From assembly GCF_006345805.1 (NCBI RefSeq), contig NW_021833014.1, positions 1-64,000 on the forward strand: 64,000 nt of DNA, in the 5' to 3' direction. Each line of letters opens with the position of its first letter. Within the stretch, counting starts at the first letter, position 1. Source of the stretch: Octopus sinensis (lineage: Eukaryota). Position numbers and translations under genes: made by a program. Of this stretch, positions 1 to 10,400 are shown piece by piece. A model generated the notes under the pieces. That model saw only the letters and a list, made by a program, of their open reading frames with translations. It did no database searches and was not told the DNA's origin.

Positions 1-2
1 TC

Positions 3-1008
3 CTCCAGGCAATAACGGAGGAATTCAAGACAGGACGCCCCTGGGAGCTCCTCTATGCTGATGACCTTGCTCTAATTGCTGAGTCATTATCAGAACTGGA
101 GAAGAAGTTTCAGGTGTGGAAGCATGGTTTAGAATCGAAAGGCCTTAGAGTCAACCTAGCTAAAACCAAAGTCCTAATAAGTAGGAAGGTAGACAAATCA
201 CAACGCCTTCAGGTAGATGGCCCTGCTCGATCTGTAGAAAAGTTTAGGTAGAAACTCTATAAGATGCACCAAGTGTAAGCTATGGGCACATAAGAGGTGC
301 AGCAATGTCATAGGAAGGCTAACTAGGAAGATGGTTTTTGTATGTGGCAGATGCTCGGGAGCATTAACCTCTGAAAATCTGCAGAAAACAACTTCCGTCA
401 CTTTCCAGGGAGAAAAACTAGAAGTAGTTGATAGCTTCCGTTATCTAGGTGACCAAGTCAGTAGTGGGGGTGGGTGTGCTGAAAGTGTAACGGCTAGAGT
501 AAGAATAGCCTGGGCAAAGTTTAGGGAGCTCTTACCTCTGTTGGTGACTAAAGGCCTCTCGCTCAGGGTAAAAGGCAGACTGTATGATGCATGTGTACGA
601 ACAGCCATGCTACATGGCAGTGAAACATGGGCCGTGACTGCTGAGGACATGCGTAAGCTCGCGAGAAATGAAGCTAGTATGCTCCGTTGGATGTGTAATG
701 TCAGTGTTCATAGTCGACAGAGTGTAAGTACCTTGAGAGAAAAGTTGGACCTAAGAAGAATCAGATGTTGTGTGCAAGAGAGACGATTGCGCTGGTATGG
801 TCATGTGGTGAGAATGGATGAAGATAGGTGTGTGCAAAAGTGCCACACCCTGGCAGTTGAGGGGACCTGTGGAAGAGGTAGACCCAGGAAAACCTGGGTC
901 GAGGTGGTGAAGCACGACCTTCGAACTTTAGGTCTCACCATGGAAATGACTAGAGACCGAGACCTATGGAAGTATGCCGTGCGTGAGAAGACCCGGCAAG
1001 ACCAGTGA
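3..1008 (+). pseudogene. Frameshifted RTE ORF2 remnant (RT end, C4HC3 finger, C-terminal domain)
   Basis: Continuous RTE-like protein needs two frame changes, near 204 and near 243. Stop TGA at 1006-1008. Confidence 0.85.
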
Positions 1009-1049
1009 GAACAATCAAAATCAAATCATATATCAGAAAGCAGGGGTTA

Positions 1050-1725
1050 AGTGACCCATCCGTTCGTGTCCGCTGTCAGCCTCGTCTGGCACCCGTGCCG
1101 GTGATACGTAAAAGCACCATTTGCTCGTGGCCGTTTGCCAGCTCTGCCTGGCCCCGTGTCAGTGGCACGTAAAAGCACCATCTGTTCGTGTTCGTTACCA
1201 GCCTCACCTGGCCCCGTGCCGGTGACACGTTAAAGCACCGTCCATTCGTGGCCGTTTGCTAGCTCTGTCTGGCCCCGTGTCGGTGGCACGTAAAAGCACC
1301 ATCCGTTCGTGGCCGTTTGCCAGCTCTGTCTGGCCCCGTGTCGGTGGCACGTAAAAGCACCATCCGTTCGTGTCCGTTGCCAGCCTCGGCTGGACCCCGT
1401 GCCGGTGAAACGTAAAAGCACCGTCCGCTCGTGGCCGTTTGCCAGCTCTGTCTGGCAACTGTGTCGGTGGCACGTAAAAGCACCATCCGTTCGCGTCCGT
1501 TGCCAGCCTCGGCTGGCCCCCGTGCTGGTGACACGTAAAAGCACCGTCCGTTCGTGGCCGGTTGCCAGCTCTGTCTGGCCCCGTGTCGGTGGCACGTAAA
1601 AGCACCATCCATTCGTGTCCGTTGCCAGCATCGCCTGGCCCCGTGCCGGTGACACGTAAAAGCACCATCCGTTCGTGGCCGTTCGCCAGCTCTGTCTGGT
1701 ACCTGTGCAGGTGGCACGTAAAAAA
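1050..1725 (+). repeat. Minisatellite (~60-bp units) inside the RTE 3' UTR
   Basis: About 11 tandem variants containing the core GGCACGTAAAAGCACCATCCGTTCGTG. Confidence 0.9.
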
Positions 1726-1950
1726 CACCCACTACACTCGCGGAGTGGTTGGCGTTAGGAAGGGCATCCAGCCGTAGAAACACTGCCAGATCTGACTGGG
1801 CCTGACGAAGCCTTCCAGCTTCACAGACCCCAGTTGACCCGTCCAACCCATGCTAGCATGGAAAGCGGACGCTAAACGATGATGATGATGATGATGATGA
1901 TGAAATTACAGTTTCTTTAAGCATATTCAGTGAATGATCAGATAAGAATA

Positions 1951-2445
1951 GCGTCAATTCTTGAGTATAATACGCAGGGGATTTTTAGGGGGCTGTACCT
2001 CTTATAAACCTAAACCTTGTGTATAATACGCACCCCTTCTCTAACTTGAGTCAAGGAGGTCTATATAACATCCATGGTTTGTAAAACTGTATACGGTAAC
2101 GTCCTTTATTATTATTTTATGTATAACATAATGCAAACGTGTAGCTTTTTTGTGCATTTTGTTTGCAGAAAATAAAGAAATAACAGTAATAACGTTTAAT
2201 AAATGTTGCTTACTGCAAGTTATGGATGATTCTTTTATGACTTAATTGCTTTCAGGTTTAGCTTAAGGTATTTTCGCACCCTACATCGCAAAATGCGTCT
2301 GAATAAACATTGCCGGACAGCAAAGAGAGACTCAGACATTGCTTAGAAAATAGTTTTCATTTTTAACCTCGTATATAGTATGCACTAGGGATTTTGACCT
2401 TTAAATTTTGGGGGAAAAATGAGGATTATACTCGAGGATTTACGG
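1951..2445. mobile_element. pogo/Tc1-mariner-type MITE (TA-flanked)
   Basis: Right end TTATACTCGAGGATTTACGG|TA. Left end TA|GCGTCAATTCTTGAGTATAA is a 4-mismatch version of the same TIR. Confidence 0.65.
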
Positions 2446-2865
2446 TAAGCTATGAAAAATGTGTCACTTGGAAGCAGCGAACAAGGAGACGGAGACTCAA
2501 TGAAACAAAAAGAGAAAACCAAAAGACAAGTGACTGCAGCTCAATGGAGATGAAGATGAGAATAGTTTTCATGAGAATGTAGCGATATTGATATCCTCAC
2601 TCTTTGAGAGACACAGTAAGAATGATCTCGTTTGAGATTACAACCATCTTTGGCTAGTTTGACCCTGTTGTGTCCACTGCTCTGATTGGTTGGCATTTTG
2701 TGCGGTTGTCTCCCTACTTATTTTGCTCCAGCGTAAAACCAACCAATTACAGCCTTCGGATAAAGCCTACTTTAGATGCCCTTCTTTGAGCCAGTTTAAC
2801 TCCTTAAATAAGCTAGCATTTTCACTATTCTTCGTCTTTCGGCTTTAGACCTTTTAGGTCTAGTT

Positions 2866-3067
2866 CAGTGCTTTTTAAACTTTTTGCTGAAGCGGAACCC
2901 CAAGGAAACATTCCACTGGCGCGAGGAATCCCTGTGCAATAATTATAATTGTCTTATGCACATATATCTGCACAGGAGAATTTAAAATTACTGTCGATTT
3001 TAGCATTTTTGTAACTCCTTGCGGGACCCCTGGACTGTACTGGCGGAACCCTGGTTGAAAATCACTG
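2866..3067. mobile_element. hAT (Charlie-like) MITE, 202 bp
   Basis: CAGTG...CACTG termini with an 8-bp TSD GTCTAGTT/GTCTAGTC, resembling the Charlie NTCTAGAN target preference. Confidence 0.8.
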
Positions 3068-3480
3068 GTCTAGTCACTGACCACAGAGCTTCTCAGCCAT
3101 GTTCCAGTTCCAGCGACAGATGACCAGCCTGGATTAGCATGAGTACAACTTTCTGAGGAGCAGCAAGAATGGAAGTTGACACAAAATGTAGAACAACACA
3201 TCACAACTAATTTCTCATGAACAAAATAAATAAATTCTAAAACAAAGTGGTAAATAGCTTTGTCAGAAACACCAGTGGCTTCCTCAATAACAACATCAAC
3301 TGATGATGGTTAAGAATGGAATTGTCAAAACAATGTTGAATACTGCAAGACATTGATGACCTAGATTCCATGCTAGAAGTATCTGTGTCAATCAGTCATA
3401 GTTACATTCACATGAGGTACCATTATTGTAATGTTCATGGAAGAGTGAACTGGAGCAATATTGGCCTAATTTGAGTTTGG

Positions 3481-3870
3481 TCATCATCATCATCGTTTAA
3501 CGTCCGCTTTCCTTGCTAGTATGGGTTGGACGATTTTAACTGAGGGCTGGCGAACCAGATGGCTGCACCAGGCTCCATTCTTGATCCGGCAGAGTTTCTC
3601 CAGCTGGATGCCCTTCCTGACGCCGACCACTCCAAGAGTGTAGTGGGTGCCTTTTACATGCCACTGGCATGGGGGCCAGTCAGGCGGTACTGGCAATGAC
3701 CTCGCTCGAATCTTTTTACACATGCCACCAGCACAGGTGCCAGTAAGGTGACGTTGGTAATGATCACGCTCGAATGGTGTCCTTTTACATGCCACCAACA
3801 CGGAAGCCAGTTGGCTGCTCTGTCAAACGATCACACTCGTATGGTGCTCTTTGCACCCTGCTAGCACGGA
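3481..3870 (-). mobile_element. 5'-truncated RTE 3' tail with VNTR units
   Basis: (CAT)n CGTTTAACGTCCGCTTTCC... is the reverse complement of the tail at 1730-1901; it is followed by GAATGGTG/TTTTACATGCCAC units. Confidence 0.9.
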
Positions 3871-4229
3871 TGCCTGTTATTTGATATAAATCTAGTTGAA
3901 TCCCTATTGAAAAACTTCCAGATTTATCTGAAGAACCTCAGAAATCATTTATATTTGATTCAACAGATACAAAATACTTCAGGAGAAAACCATTCAGTGA
4001 CACCAGTTTTATTCCACAGTAGCTCAAGGCCTCTCAATTCATGGAGTTCTTTAAAACGTTTTTTAGAGCACCAAAAAATATTGTTACAAGATGCACCATC
4101 CTGTCTGAAAACGTCTATATTTCCGAAGCACAAATTTGACGAATCATTGTCTGAGAATGGCTACAGATAAAAAAGAAAAAAAATCCCTGGGAGTTCTCTC
4201 CAGCAGTTCTTGTCCTTCATCACTGCTAT

Positions 4230-4805
4230 GTCCTGCGTCTCCCAGAGACCAGTGTCTGTCCTTAGGGCATCAACATATGTCATCCTCGGTCACCATCTTC
4301 TAGTGTGTCCCGTGTAGGGGACTCTCACAGGAGCACTGAAAGATGGTGAGCGTGTCCAGCAAACTCCAGTCTCCTCTGTTATTCTCGGGCTAATCGGGAG
4401 GCTCTCGTACAGCTCTGAGTTCTTCATCCTCAGTGTATATTGTTTAATGGGTACTACTTAAGAAGAGTGGTCCCGGTGTGCGCACTCGCGTACTTGCGCT
4501 AGCTAGTCGTGACTAGTCGATCCTACAACGACTCTCCTAGCAAAGTAAATAAAACACAAAATAATTTTTTTGACACAAAGTAAATAAAACACAAAAACAC
4601 AAAGTAAAGATCGACTAGTCACGAGTAGCTAGTGCGGATGTGCGAGTGGGCGCACCGGGACCACTCTTCTTAAATAGTACCATTTAATGTTCAGAGCCAT
4701 CCTCATCATTATCGTGTAGCATCCATCCACCATCTGAGTAAGTTTCTTGGCCAATGTCCAAGTCTTAGACCCGTGCAACAGCACAGACTCACTGCAGCGA
4801 TGGAA
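4230..4805 (-). mobile_element. Old RTE-like C-terminal remnant interrupted by a MITE
   Basis: Minus strand reads SESVLLHGSKTWTLAKKLTQMVDGCYTIMMRMALNIK, then [MITE], then QYTLRMKNSELYKSLP...RRLEFAGH. The reading is in frame once the MITE and one TSD are removed. Confidence 0.75.
4450..4681. mobile_element. Merlin/IS1016-like MITE, complete copy (232 bp)
   Basis: ~70-bp imperfect TIRs starting GGTAC (fits the Merlin GGNRM terminus); 8-bp TSD GTTTAATG/ATTTAATG (4442-4449, 4682-4689); internal ACAAAGTAAATAAAACAC repeats. Confidence 0.75.
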
Positions 4806-5201
4806 GAGATGTTACACATTCATATCTATGTGTATACGTAGGCATACGTGTGTAGAATACATCCCCACTTTTGGCACTATTTTATTAGTAAACAGTACGA
4901 ACTGTGTCTGAAGTATATAAGTATTACTATGCTGAATGTCGGACAGTTCGTGTAACATGTAAAGCAAATAAACACGTAAAACGATAACAATGCCTTCATT
5001 TGAGTTGTCTATCACCCATTAGAAGGAAACGACACATAGCAAGAGAAAATCTCGGTGCTTTTGCTATAGTTTCGGCTAACAACTCTTATTTGCAAACATG
5101 CCTCTATCTCTTCAAACTGATGCCAGCAGAACACCCGAAAGTGTTCCTGTTGGCTTCCATGCCGGCAAAAGTCGAATGTCGAACACTCCAAGAAGGCATA
5201 A

Positions 5202-5666
5202 TGGCAATCTTTCGTCTCTAGTAGACCTTTCCGTCGATTTCCGTAAAAAAAATTTTTTTTTTTACATATGGGCTTGCGGGAACTTTAGAAGTAATGACAG
5301 CGAAAGAGACTAAGAGAAAGCGATTGTATGACGAGGGAAGTTCTTTTGAAGTTACCGTCCAGGGGAAGCGTTGATGTACATGTGTGTGTGTGTGTGTGCG
5401 TGTGTGTGTGTGTGTGCGTGTGTGTGTGTGTGTTTGATGCGGTGTGGGAGACAGACAGTATGTTGTGTAAGTGAAGTGCTTCTGTTAGTGTGTGTGAAGA
5501 GACAGAGAGAGTAATGTTTGAAAGAAAGAGATAACTGATTTTTTTTACTCGGTGTATGTGTATATGTATGTATATTACTTCAAAAGTTACCGCAAGCCCA
5601 TATGTAAAAAAAAAATTTTTTTTACGGAAATCGACGGAAAGGTCTACTAGAGACGAAAGATCGCCA
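5202..5666. mobile_element. MITE with ~94-bp TIRs enclosing a (TG)n microsatellite
   Basis: 5202-5295 (TGGCAATCTTTCGTCTCTAGTAGACC...) is the reverse complement of 5574-5666; (TG)n at ~5381-5432; no TSD seen. Confidence 0.75.
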
Positions 5667-5678
5667 AATTAAGTATTA

Positions 5679-5888
5679 GGAACTACTTGAGAACAGTGGT
5701 CCCGGTGTGCGCATCCGCACTAGCTAGTCGTGACTAGTCGATCCTACAATGACTCTCCTAGCAAAGTAAATAAAACATAAAATAAAATAATTTTTTTTAA
5801 ACAAAGTAAATAAACACAAAAACACAAAGTAAGGATCGACTAGTCATGACTAGCTAGTGCGGATGCGCGAGTGGGCGCACCGGGACCA
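5679..5888. mobile_element. Merlin-like MITE, second copy (right TIR truncated)
   Basis: Starts GGAACTACTTGAGAACAGTGGTCCCGG with the same body as 4450-4681; ends at CCGGGACCA. Confidence 0.8.
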
Positions 5889-5982
5889 AAATGTATTATT
5901 ATGATTAATGACACTGAAAATATTAAAAAATGAGGCTAATTTAATGTGCTAATAGTTTCAATGAAATTAAGTATTATGATCT

Positions 5983-6170
5983 ATTGTGTCTGGGGAGGGT
6001 CATTTTCTTTTTGTGCCTTATAATAAATCACCGGTAAAATTTCCACTTTTTTCTTATTTTTATTGTCCTAAAATTTTCGTTGCGTCTTGCAACCTTTTCA
6101 ATAGTCTTCACTCTCAAAACTTAAGCATTTTGTCAAAACTATTGAAAAGGTTGCAAGACGCAATGAAAAA
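5983..6170. repeat. Interspersed repeat with a ~35-bp-stem hairpin; second, partly deleted copy at ~21420-21545
   Basis: TTTTCGTTGCGTCTTGCAACCTTTTCAATAGT pairs with ACTATTGAAAAGGTTGCAAGACGCAATGAAAA. TATTGTGTCTGGGGAG...CACCGGTAAAATTTCCA is shared with 21423-21493. Confidence 0.7.
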
Positions 6171-6440
6171 TCTTTATATATAAAAGAGAGGTTGTGTGCT
6201 GTCTGTCTCCTACGATTTAGATTCCTAACTACTCCCACATTTTGCGGTGCAGTGTAACCAAAAGCGGGTATCTTATAGTCATCATTCATATCGAGCCCTT
6301 CTGGGTATTAGCGCGCGTCTACGATTTAAAAAAAAAATTACCATCATTTTTTCCCATTTTAATGCATTTTTTCGCTATTATATAAGGGAAGTAACTCTCT
6401 AAAAATGTCTACGATGAGTCAACGATGAAAAAAAGAAAAA
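6171..6440 (+). mobile_element. Probable Helitron 5' end (3' end not found)
   Basis: A|TCTTTATATATAAAAG start resembles the 5' ends of the two complete Helitrons at 11023 and 15300. Confidence 0.4.
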
Positions 6441-7531
6441 GTAAAATTACAGATTAACACCCGCACGATTTTCACTAAGAGAAAAAAAAAAAAACTCGGA
6501 TTTTTTGCGTGGAATCAAGTACCCCTGGACTGGTGGTACGTAAAAAGCACTATCCGAATCGTGGCCGATGCCAGAGCCGCCTCGACTGGCACCAATCCGA
6601 ACGTGGCCGTTGCCAGCCTCGACTGGCACCAATCCGACCGTGGCCGTTGCCAGCCTCGACTGGCACCAATCCGACCGTGGCCGTTGCCAGCCTCGCCTGG
6701 CACCTGTGCGGGTGGCACGTAAAAAGCACCCACAACACTCTCGGAGTGGTTGGCGTTAGGAAGGGCATCCAGCTGTAGAAACATTGCCAGATAAGACTGG
6801 AGTCTGGTGCAGCCTCCTGGCTTCCCAGATCCCCGGTCGAACCGTCCAACCCATGCTAGCATGGAGAACGGACGTTAAACGATGATGATGATGTGAAGAA
6901 ATTAATTCATTAAGTTTACCAAATTATATACGTCTGTAAAAAAAAAAAAAGTTTCACAAATTATATACGTTCGCGTTTGTGTAAAAAAAATTATTATTTA
7001 AGTTTTATAAATTATTTACTTTGTTTAAAAAATATTATTAATATTAATTAATTTTCAAGAATTATTTAATTTATATAATTAATTCATTAATTTTATTCTG
7101 TAAAATAGTAATTAATTCATTTATCTGTAAATCGCTATGTTGTCATTCAGGCAGCTAGAAATAGCAGCCAGATTTCCCTCCAATAACACTTTATTGTCTT
7201 AAAAAGCAGAAAGGTATCTAAAAAATCCGTTTTTTTTTTTCCATGTGAAAATTCAGGGGGGGTTACCCCCCTTTCCGGACCAAAATATGGGATTTGCAGC
7301 ATATTAGGAGGTCAGGGTACTTGATTTCACGCAAGAAATCCGAGGTTTTTTTTTTTTTTTACTCGTGAAAATTCCGGGGGGGGGGTACCCCCCCTTTCCG
7401 GAGCAATTCCGAACCAAAATATGGGATTTGCAGCATATTAGGAGGTCAGGGTACTTCATTCCACGCAAAAAATCCGAGTTTTTTTTTTTTTTCTTAGTGA
7501 AAATCGTGCGGGTGTTAATCTTTAATTTTAC
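6441..7531. mobile_element. Foldback-like element with ~87-bp terminal inverted repeats and subterminal ~120-130-bp tandem repeats
   Basis: 6441-6527 is the reverse complement of 7447-7531. GTGAAAAT recurs at 7245, 7365 and 7497 with a shared GGGATTTGCAGCATATTAGGAGGTCAGGGTACTT block. Confidence 0.65.
6530..6893 (+). mobile_element. RTE 3' tail with short VNTR (36-bp units) nested in the foldback-like element
   Basis: GTGGCCGTTGCCAGCCTCGACTGGCACCAATCCGACC repeated about 3 times, then the canonical tail and (GAT)4. Confidence 0.9.
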
Positions 7532-7534
7532 CCT

Positions 7535-7666
7535 ATTTGAGAACAATGGTCCCGGTGCGCGCTAGTCGATCCTTTTTGTGTTATTTACTTTGTTTAAAAA
7601 ATTATTTACTTTGTGTTTTTGTGTTTATTTACTTTGTGTCCGGGACCACTCTTCTTAAGTAGTACC
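7535..7666. mobile_element. Merlin-like MITE, third copy (inverted, internally deleted, apparently chimeric)
   Basis: Left end ATTTGAGAACAATGGTCCCGG resembles copy 2. Right end CCGGGACCACTCTTCTTAAGTAGTACC plus its flank equals the reverse complement of copy 1's left end. Confidence 0.75.
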
Positions 7667-8115
7667 CATTAAACAATATACACTGAGGATGAAGAACTCA
7701 GAGCTGTACAAGAGCCTCCCGATTAGCCCGAAAATAACAGAGGAGACTGGAGTTTGCTGGTCACGCTCTCACCATCATTCAGAGTTGATTCAGCACTCAC
7801 TGCTCCTGTGAGAGTCCCCTACACGGGACACACTAGAAGATGGTGACCGAGGATGACATATGTTGATGCCCTAAGGACAGACACTGGTCTCTGGAAGACG
7901 CAGGACAAGAACTGCTGGAGAGAACTCCCAGGAATTTTTTTCTTTTTTATCTGTAGCCATTCTCAGACAATGATTCGTCAAATTTGTGCTTCGGAAATAT
8001 AGACGTTTTCAGACAGGATGGTGCATCTTGTAACAATATTTCTTGTGGCTCTAAAAAATTTTTGAAGAACTCCATGAATTGAGAGTCCTTGAGCTACTGT
8101 GGAATAAAACTGGTG

Positions 8116-8296
8116 GCACGTAAAAAGCACCCACTACACTCTCGGAGTGGTTGGCGTCAGGAAGGGCATCCAGCTGGAGAAACTCTGCCAGATCAAGATT
8201 GGAGCCTGGTGCAGCCATCAGGTTCGCCAGCCCTCAAATAAAATCGTCCAACCTATGCTAGCAAGGAAAGCGGACGTTAAACGATGATGATGATGA
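8116..8296 (+). mobile_element. RTE 3' tail (right-arm copy, VNTR deleted)
   Basis: GGCACGTAAAAAGCACCCACTACAC...GGACGTTAAAC(GAT)n. Confidence 0.9.
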
Positions 8297-8709
8297 CCAA
8301 ACTCAAATTAGGCCAATATTGCTCCAGTTCACTCTTCCATGAACATTACAATAATGGTACCTCATGTGAATGTAACTATGACTGATTGACACAGATACTT
8401 CTAGCATGGAATCTAGGTCATCAATGTCTTGCAATATCCAACATTGTTTTGACAATTCCATTCTTAACCATCATCAGTTGATGTTGTTATTGAGGAAGCC
8501 ACTGGTGTTTCTGACAAAGCTATTTACCACTTTGTTTTAGAATTTATTTATTTTGTTCATGAGAAATTAGTTGTGATGTGTTGTTCTACATTTTGTGTCA
8601 ACTTCCATTCTTGCTGCTCTACAGAAAGTTGTACTCGTGCTAATCCAGGCTGGTCATCTATCGCTGGAACTGGAACATGGCTGAGTAGCTCTGTGGTCAG
8701 TGACTAGAC

Positions 8710-8911
8710 CAGTGGTTTTCAAACAGGGTTCCGCCAGTACAGTCCAGGTGTCCCGCAAGGAGTTACAAAAATGCTAAAATCGACAGTAATTTTAAATTCT
8801 CCTGTGCAGATATATGTGCATAAGACAATTATAATTATTGCACAGGGGTTCCTCGCGCCAGTGGAATGTTTCCTTGGGGTTCCGCTTCAGCAAAAAGTTT
8901 AAAAAGCACTG
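8710..8911. mobile_element. hAT (Charlie-like) MITE, copy in the right arm
   Basis: Perfect 8-bp TSD GACTAGAC at 8702-8709 and 8912-8919; CAGTGGTTTTCAAAC...AAAAAGCACTG termini. Confidence 0.85.
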
Positions 8912-9333
8912 GACTAGACCTTAAAAGGTCTAAAGCCGAAAGACGAAGAATAGTGAAAATGCTAGCTTATTTAAGGAGTTAAACTGGCTCAAAGAAGGGC
9001 ATCTAAAGTAGGCTTTATCCGAAGGCTGTAATTGGTTGGCTTTACGCTAGAGCAAAATAAGTAGGGAGACAAACCGCACAAAATGCCAACCAATCAGAGC
9101 AGTGGACACAACAGGGTCAAACTAGCCAAAGATGGTTGTAATCTCAAACGAGATCATTCTTACTGTGTCTCTCAAAGAGTGAGGATATCAATATCGCTAC
9201 ATTCTCATGAAAACTATTCTCATCTTCATCTCCATTGAGCTGCAGTCACTTGTCTTTTGGTTTTCTCTTTTTGTTTCATTGAGTCTCCGTCTCCTTGTTC
9301 GCTGCTTCCAAGTGACACATTTTTCATAGCTTA

Positions 9334-9827
9334 CCGTAAATCCTCGAGTATAATCCTCATTTTTCCCCCAAAATTTAAAGGTCAAAATCCCTAGTGCATA
9401 CTATATACGAGGTTAAAAATGAAAACTATTTTCTAAGCAATGTCTGAGTCTCTCTTTGCTGTCCGGCAATGTTTATTCAGACGCATTTTGCGATGTAGGG
9501 TGCGAAAATACCTTAAGCTAAACCTGAAAGCAATGAAGTCATAAAAGAATCATCCATAACTTGCAGTAAGCAACACTTATTAAACTTATTACTGTTATTT
9601 CTTTATTTTCTGCAAACAAAATGCACAAAAAAGCTACACGTTTGCATTATGTTATACATAAAATAATAATAAAGGACGTTACCGTATACAGTTTTACAAA
9701 CCATGGACGTTATATAGACCTCCTTGACTCAAGTTAGAGAAGGGGTGCGTATTATACACAAGGTTTAGGTTTATAAGAGGTACAGCCCCCTAAAAATCCC
9801 CTGCATATTATACTCAAGAATTGACGC
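9334..9827. mobile_element. pogo/Tc1-mariner-type MITE, copy in the right arm
   Basis: TA|CCGTAAATCCTCGAGTATAA ... TTATACTCAAGAATTGACGC|TA. Confidence 0.65.
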
Positions 9828-10047
9828 TATTCTTATCTGATCATTCACTGAATATGCTTAAAGAAACTGTAATTTCACTAAATAGAAAATCGTAAAACCT
9901 AAGTTAACCCCTTGTTTTGCATGTCCTGGTCACATGTAACATTAGTACCATTTCTTAAAATACTATTTCATGGACAGTTGTTGGCGGTGGCGTTTAATCG
10001 TGTGTCTGGTAAGTTATTTGGTTTCTTCTTGACCACTTCTTCCCCTC

Positions 10048-10400
10048 TCATCATCATCCTCATCATCGTTTAACGTCCGCTTTCCATGCTAGCATGGGTT
10101 GGACGGTTCAACTAGGGTCTGGGAAGCCCAAAGGCTGCACCAGGCCAGTCAGATCTGGCAGTGTTTCTACAGCTGGATGCCCCTCCTAACGCCAACCACT
10201 CCAAGAGTGTAGTGGGTCATTTTATGTGCCACCGACAAAGGTGCCAGACGAGGCTGGCGAACGGCCACGCTCGGATGGTGTTTTTTATGTGCCACCAGCA
10301 CGGAGGCCAGGCGAGGCTGGCACGGCCACGATCGGATGGTGTTTGTTACGTGCCACCAGCACGGAGGCCAGTCAATGCGGTACTGGCTACGGCCTATGTC
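10048..10400 (-). mobile_element. RTE 3' tail with VNTR units
   Basis: (CAT)n CGTTTAACGTCCGCTTTCCATGCTAGCATGGGTTGG. Confidence 0.9.

Larger units (their letters stand above)
1..1901 (+). mobile_element. RTE-clade non-LTR retrotransposon, 3' portion (continues off the left edge): end of RT, C-terminal region, 3' UTR with VNTR and (GAT)8 tail
   Basis: The frame from base 3 reads LQAITEEFKTGRPWELLYADDLALIAES (YADD at 54-65). ORF 331-1008 has RTE-type motifs (MLHGSETW, RRLRWYGHVVRM, GRGRPRKTW). The 3' end is ...CATGCTAGCATGGAAAGCGGACGCTAAAC followed by (GAT)n at 1878-1901. Confidence 0.93.
1901..4476. repeat. Left arm of a long inverted duplication
   Basis: Reverse complement of 7640-9877 with few substitutions and several indels. 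The 62-aa ORF 2394-2582 (+) is identical to ORF 9197-9385 (-). Confidence 0.95.
7640..9877. repeat. Right arm of the long inverted duplication
   Basis: Mirrors 1901-4476. It lacks ~339 bp corresponding to 3662-4000 (CAC microhomology) and 18 bp between TGTCCT repeats. Confidence 0.95.

Noticed and set aside
2394-2582. 62-aa ORF duplicated identically at 9197-9385
   Set aside because: Starts at a non-ATG codon inside a MITE end; the duplication is explained by the inverted repeat, and there is no protein similarity I recognise.
4457-4671. Kolobok/piggyBac interpretation of the MITE (TTAA flanking GAAGAG...CTCTTC)
   Set aside because: Inverted symmetry extends beyond the TTAA, and only the 4450-4681 boundaries with an 8-bp TSD restore the interrupted RTE reading frame.
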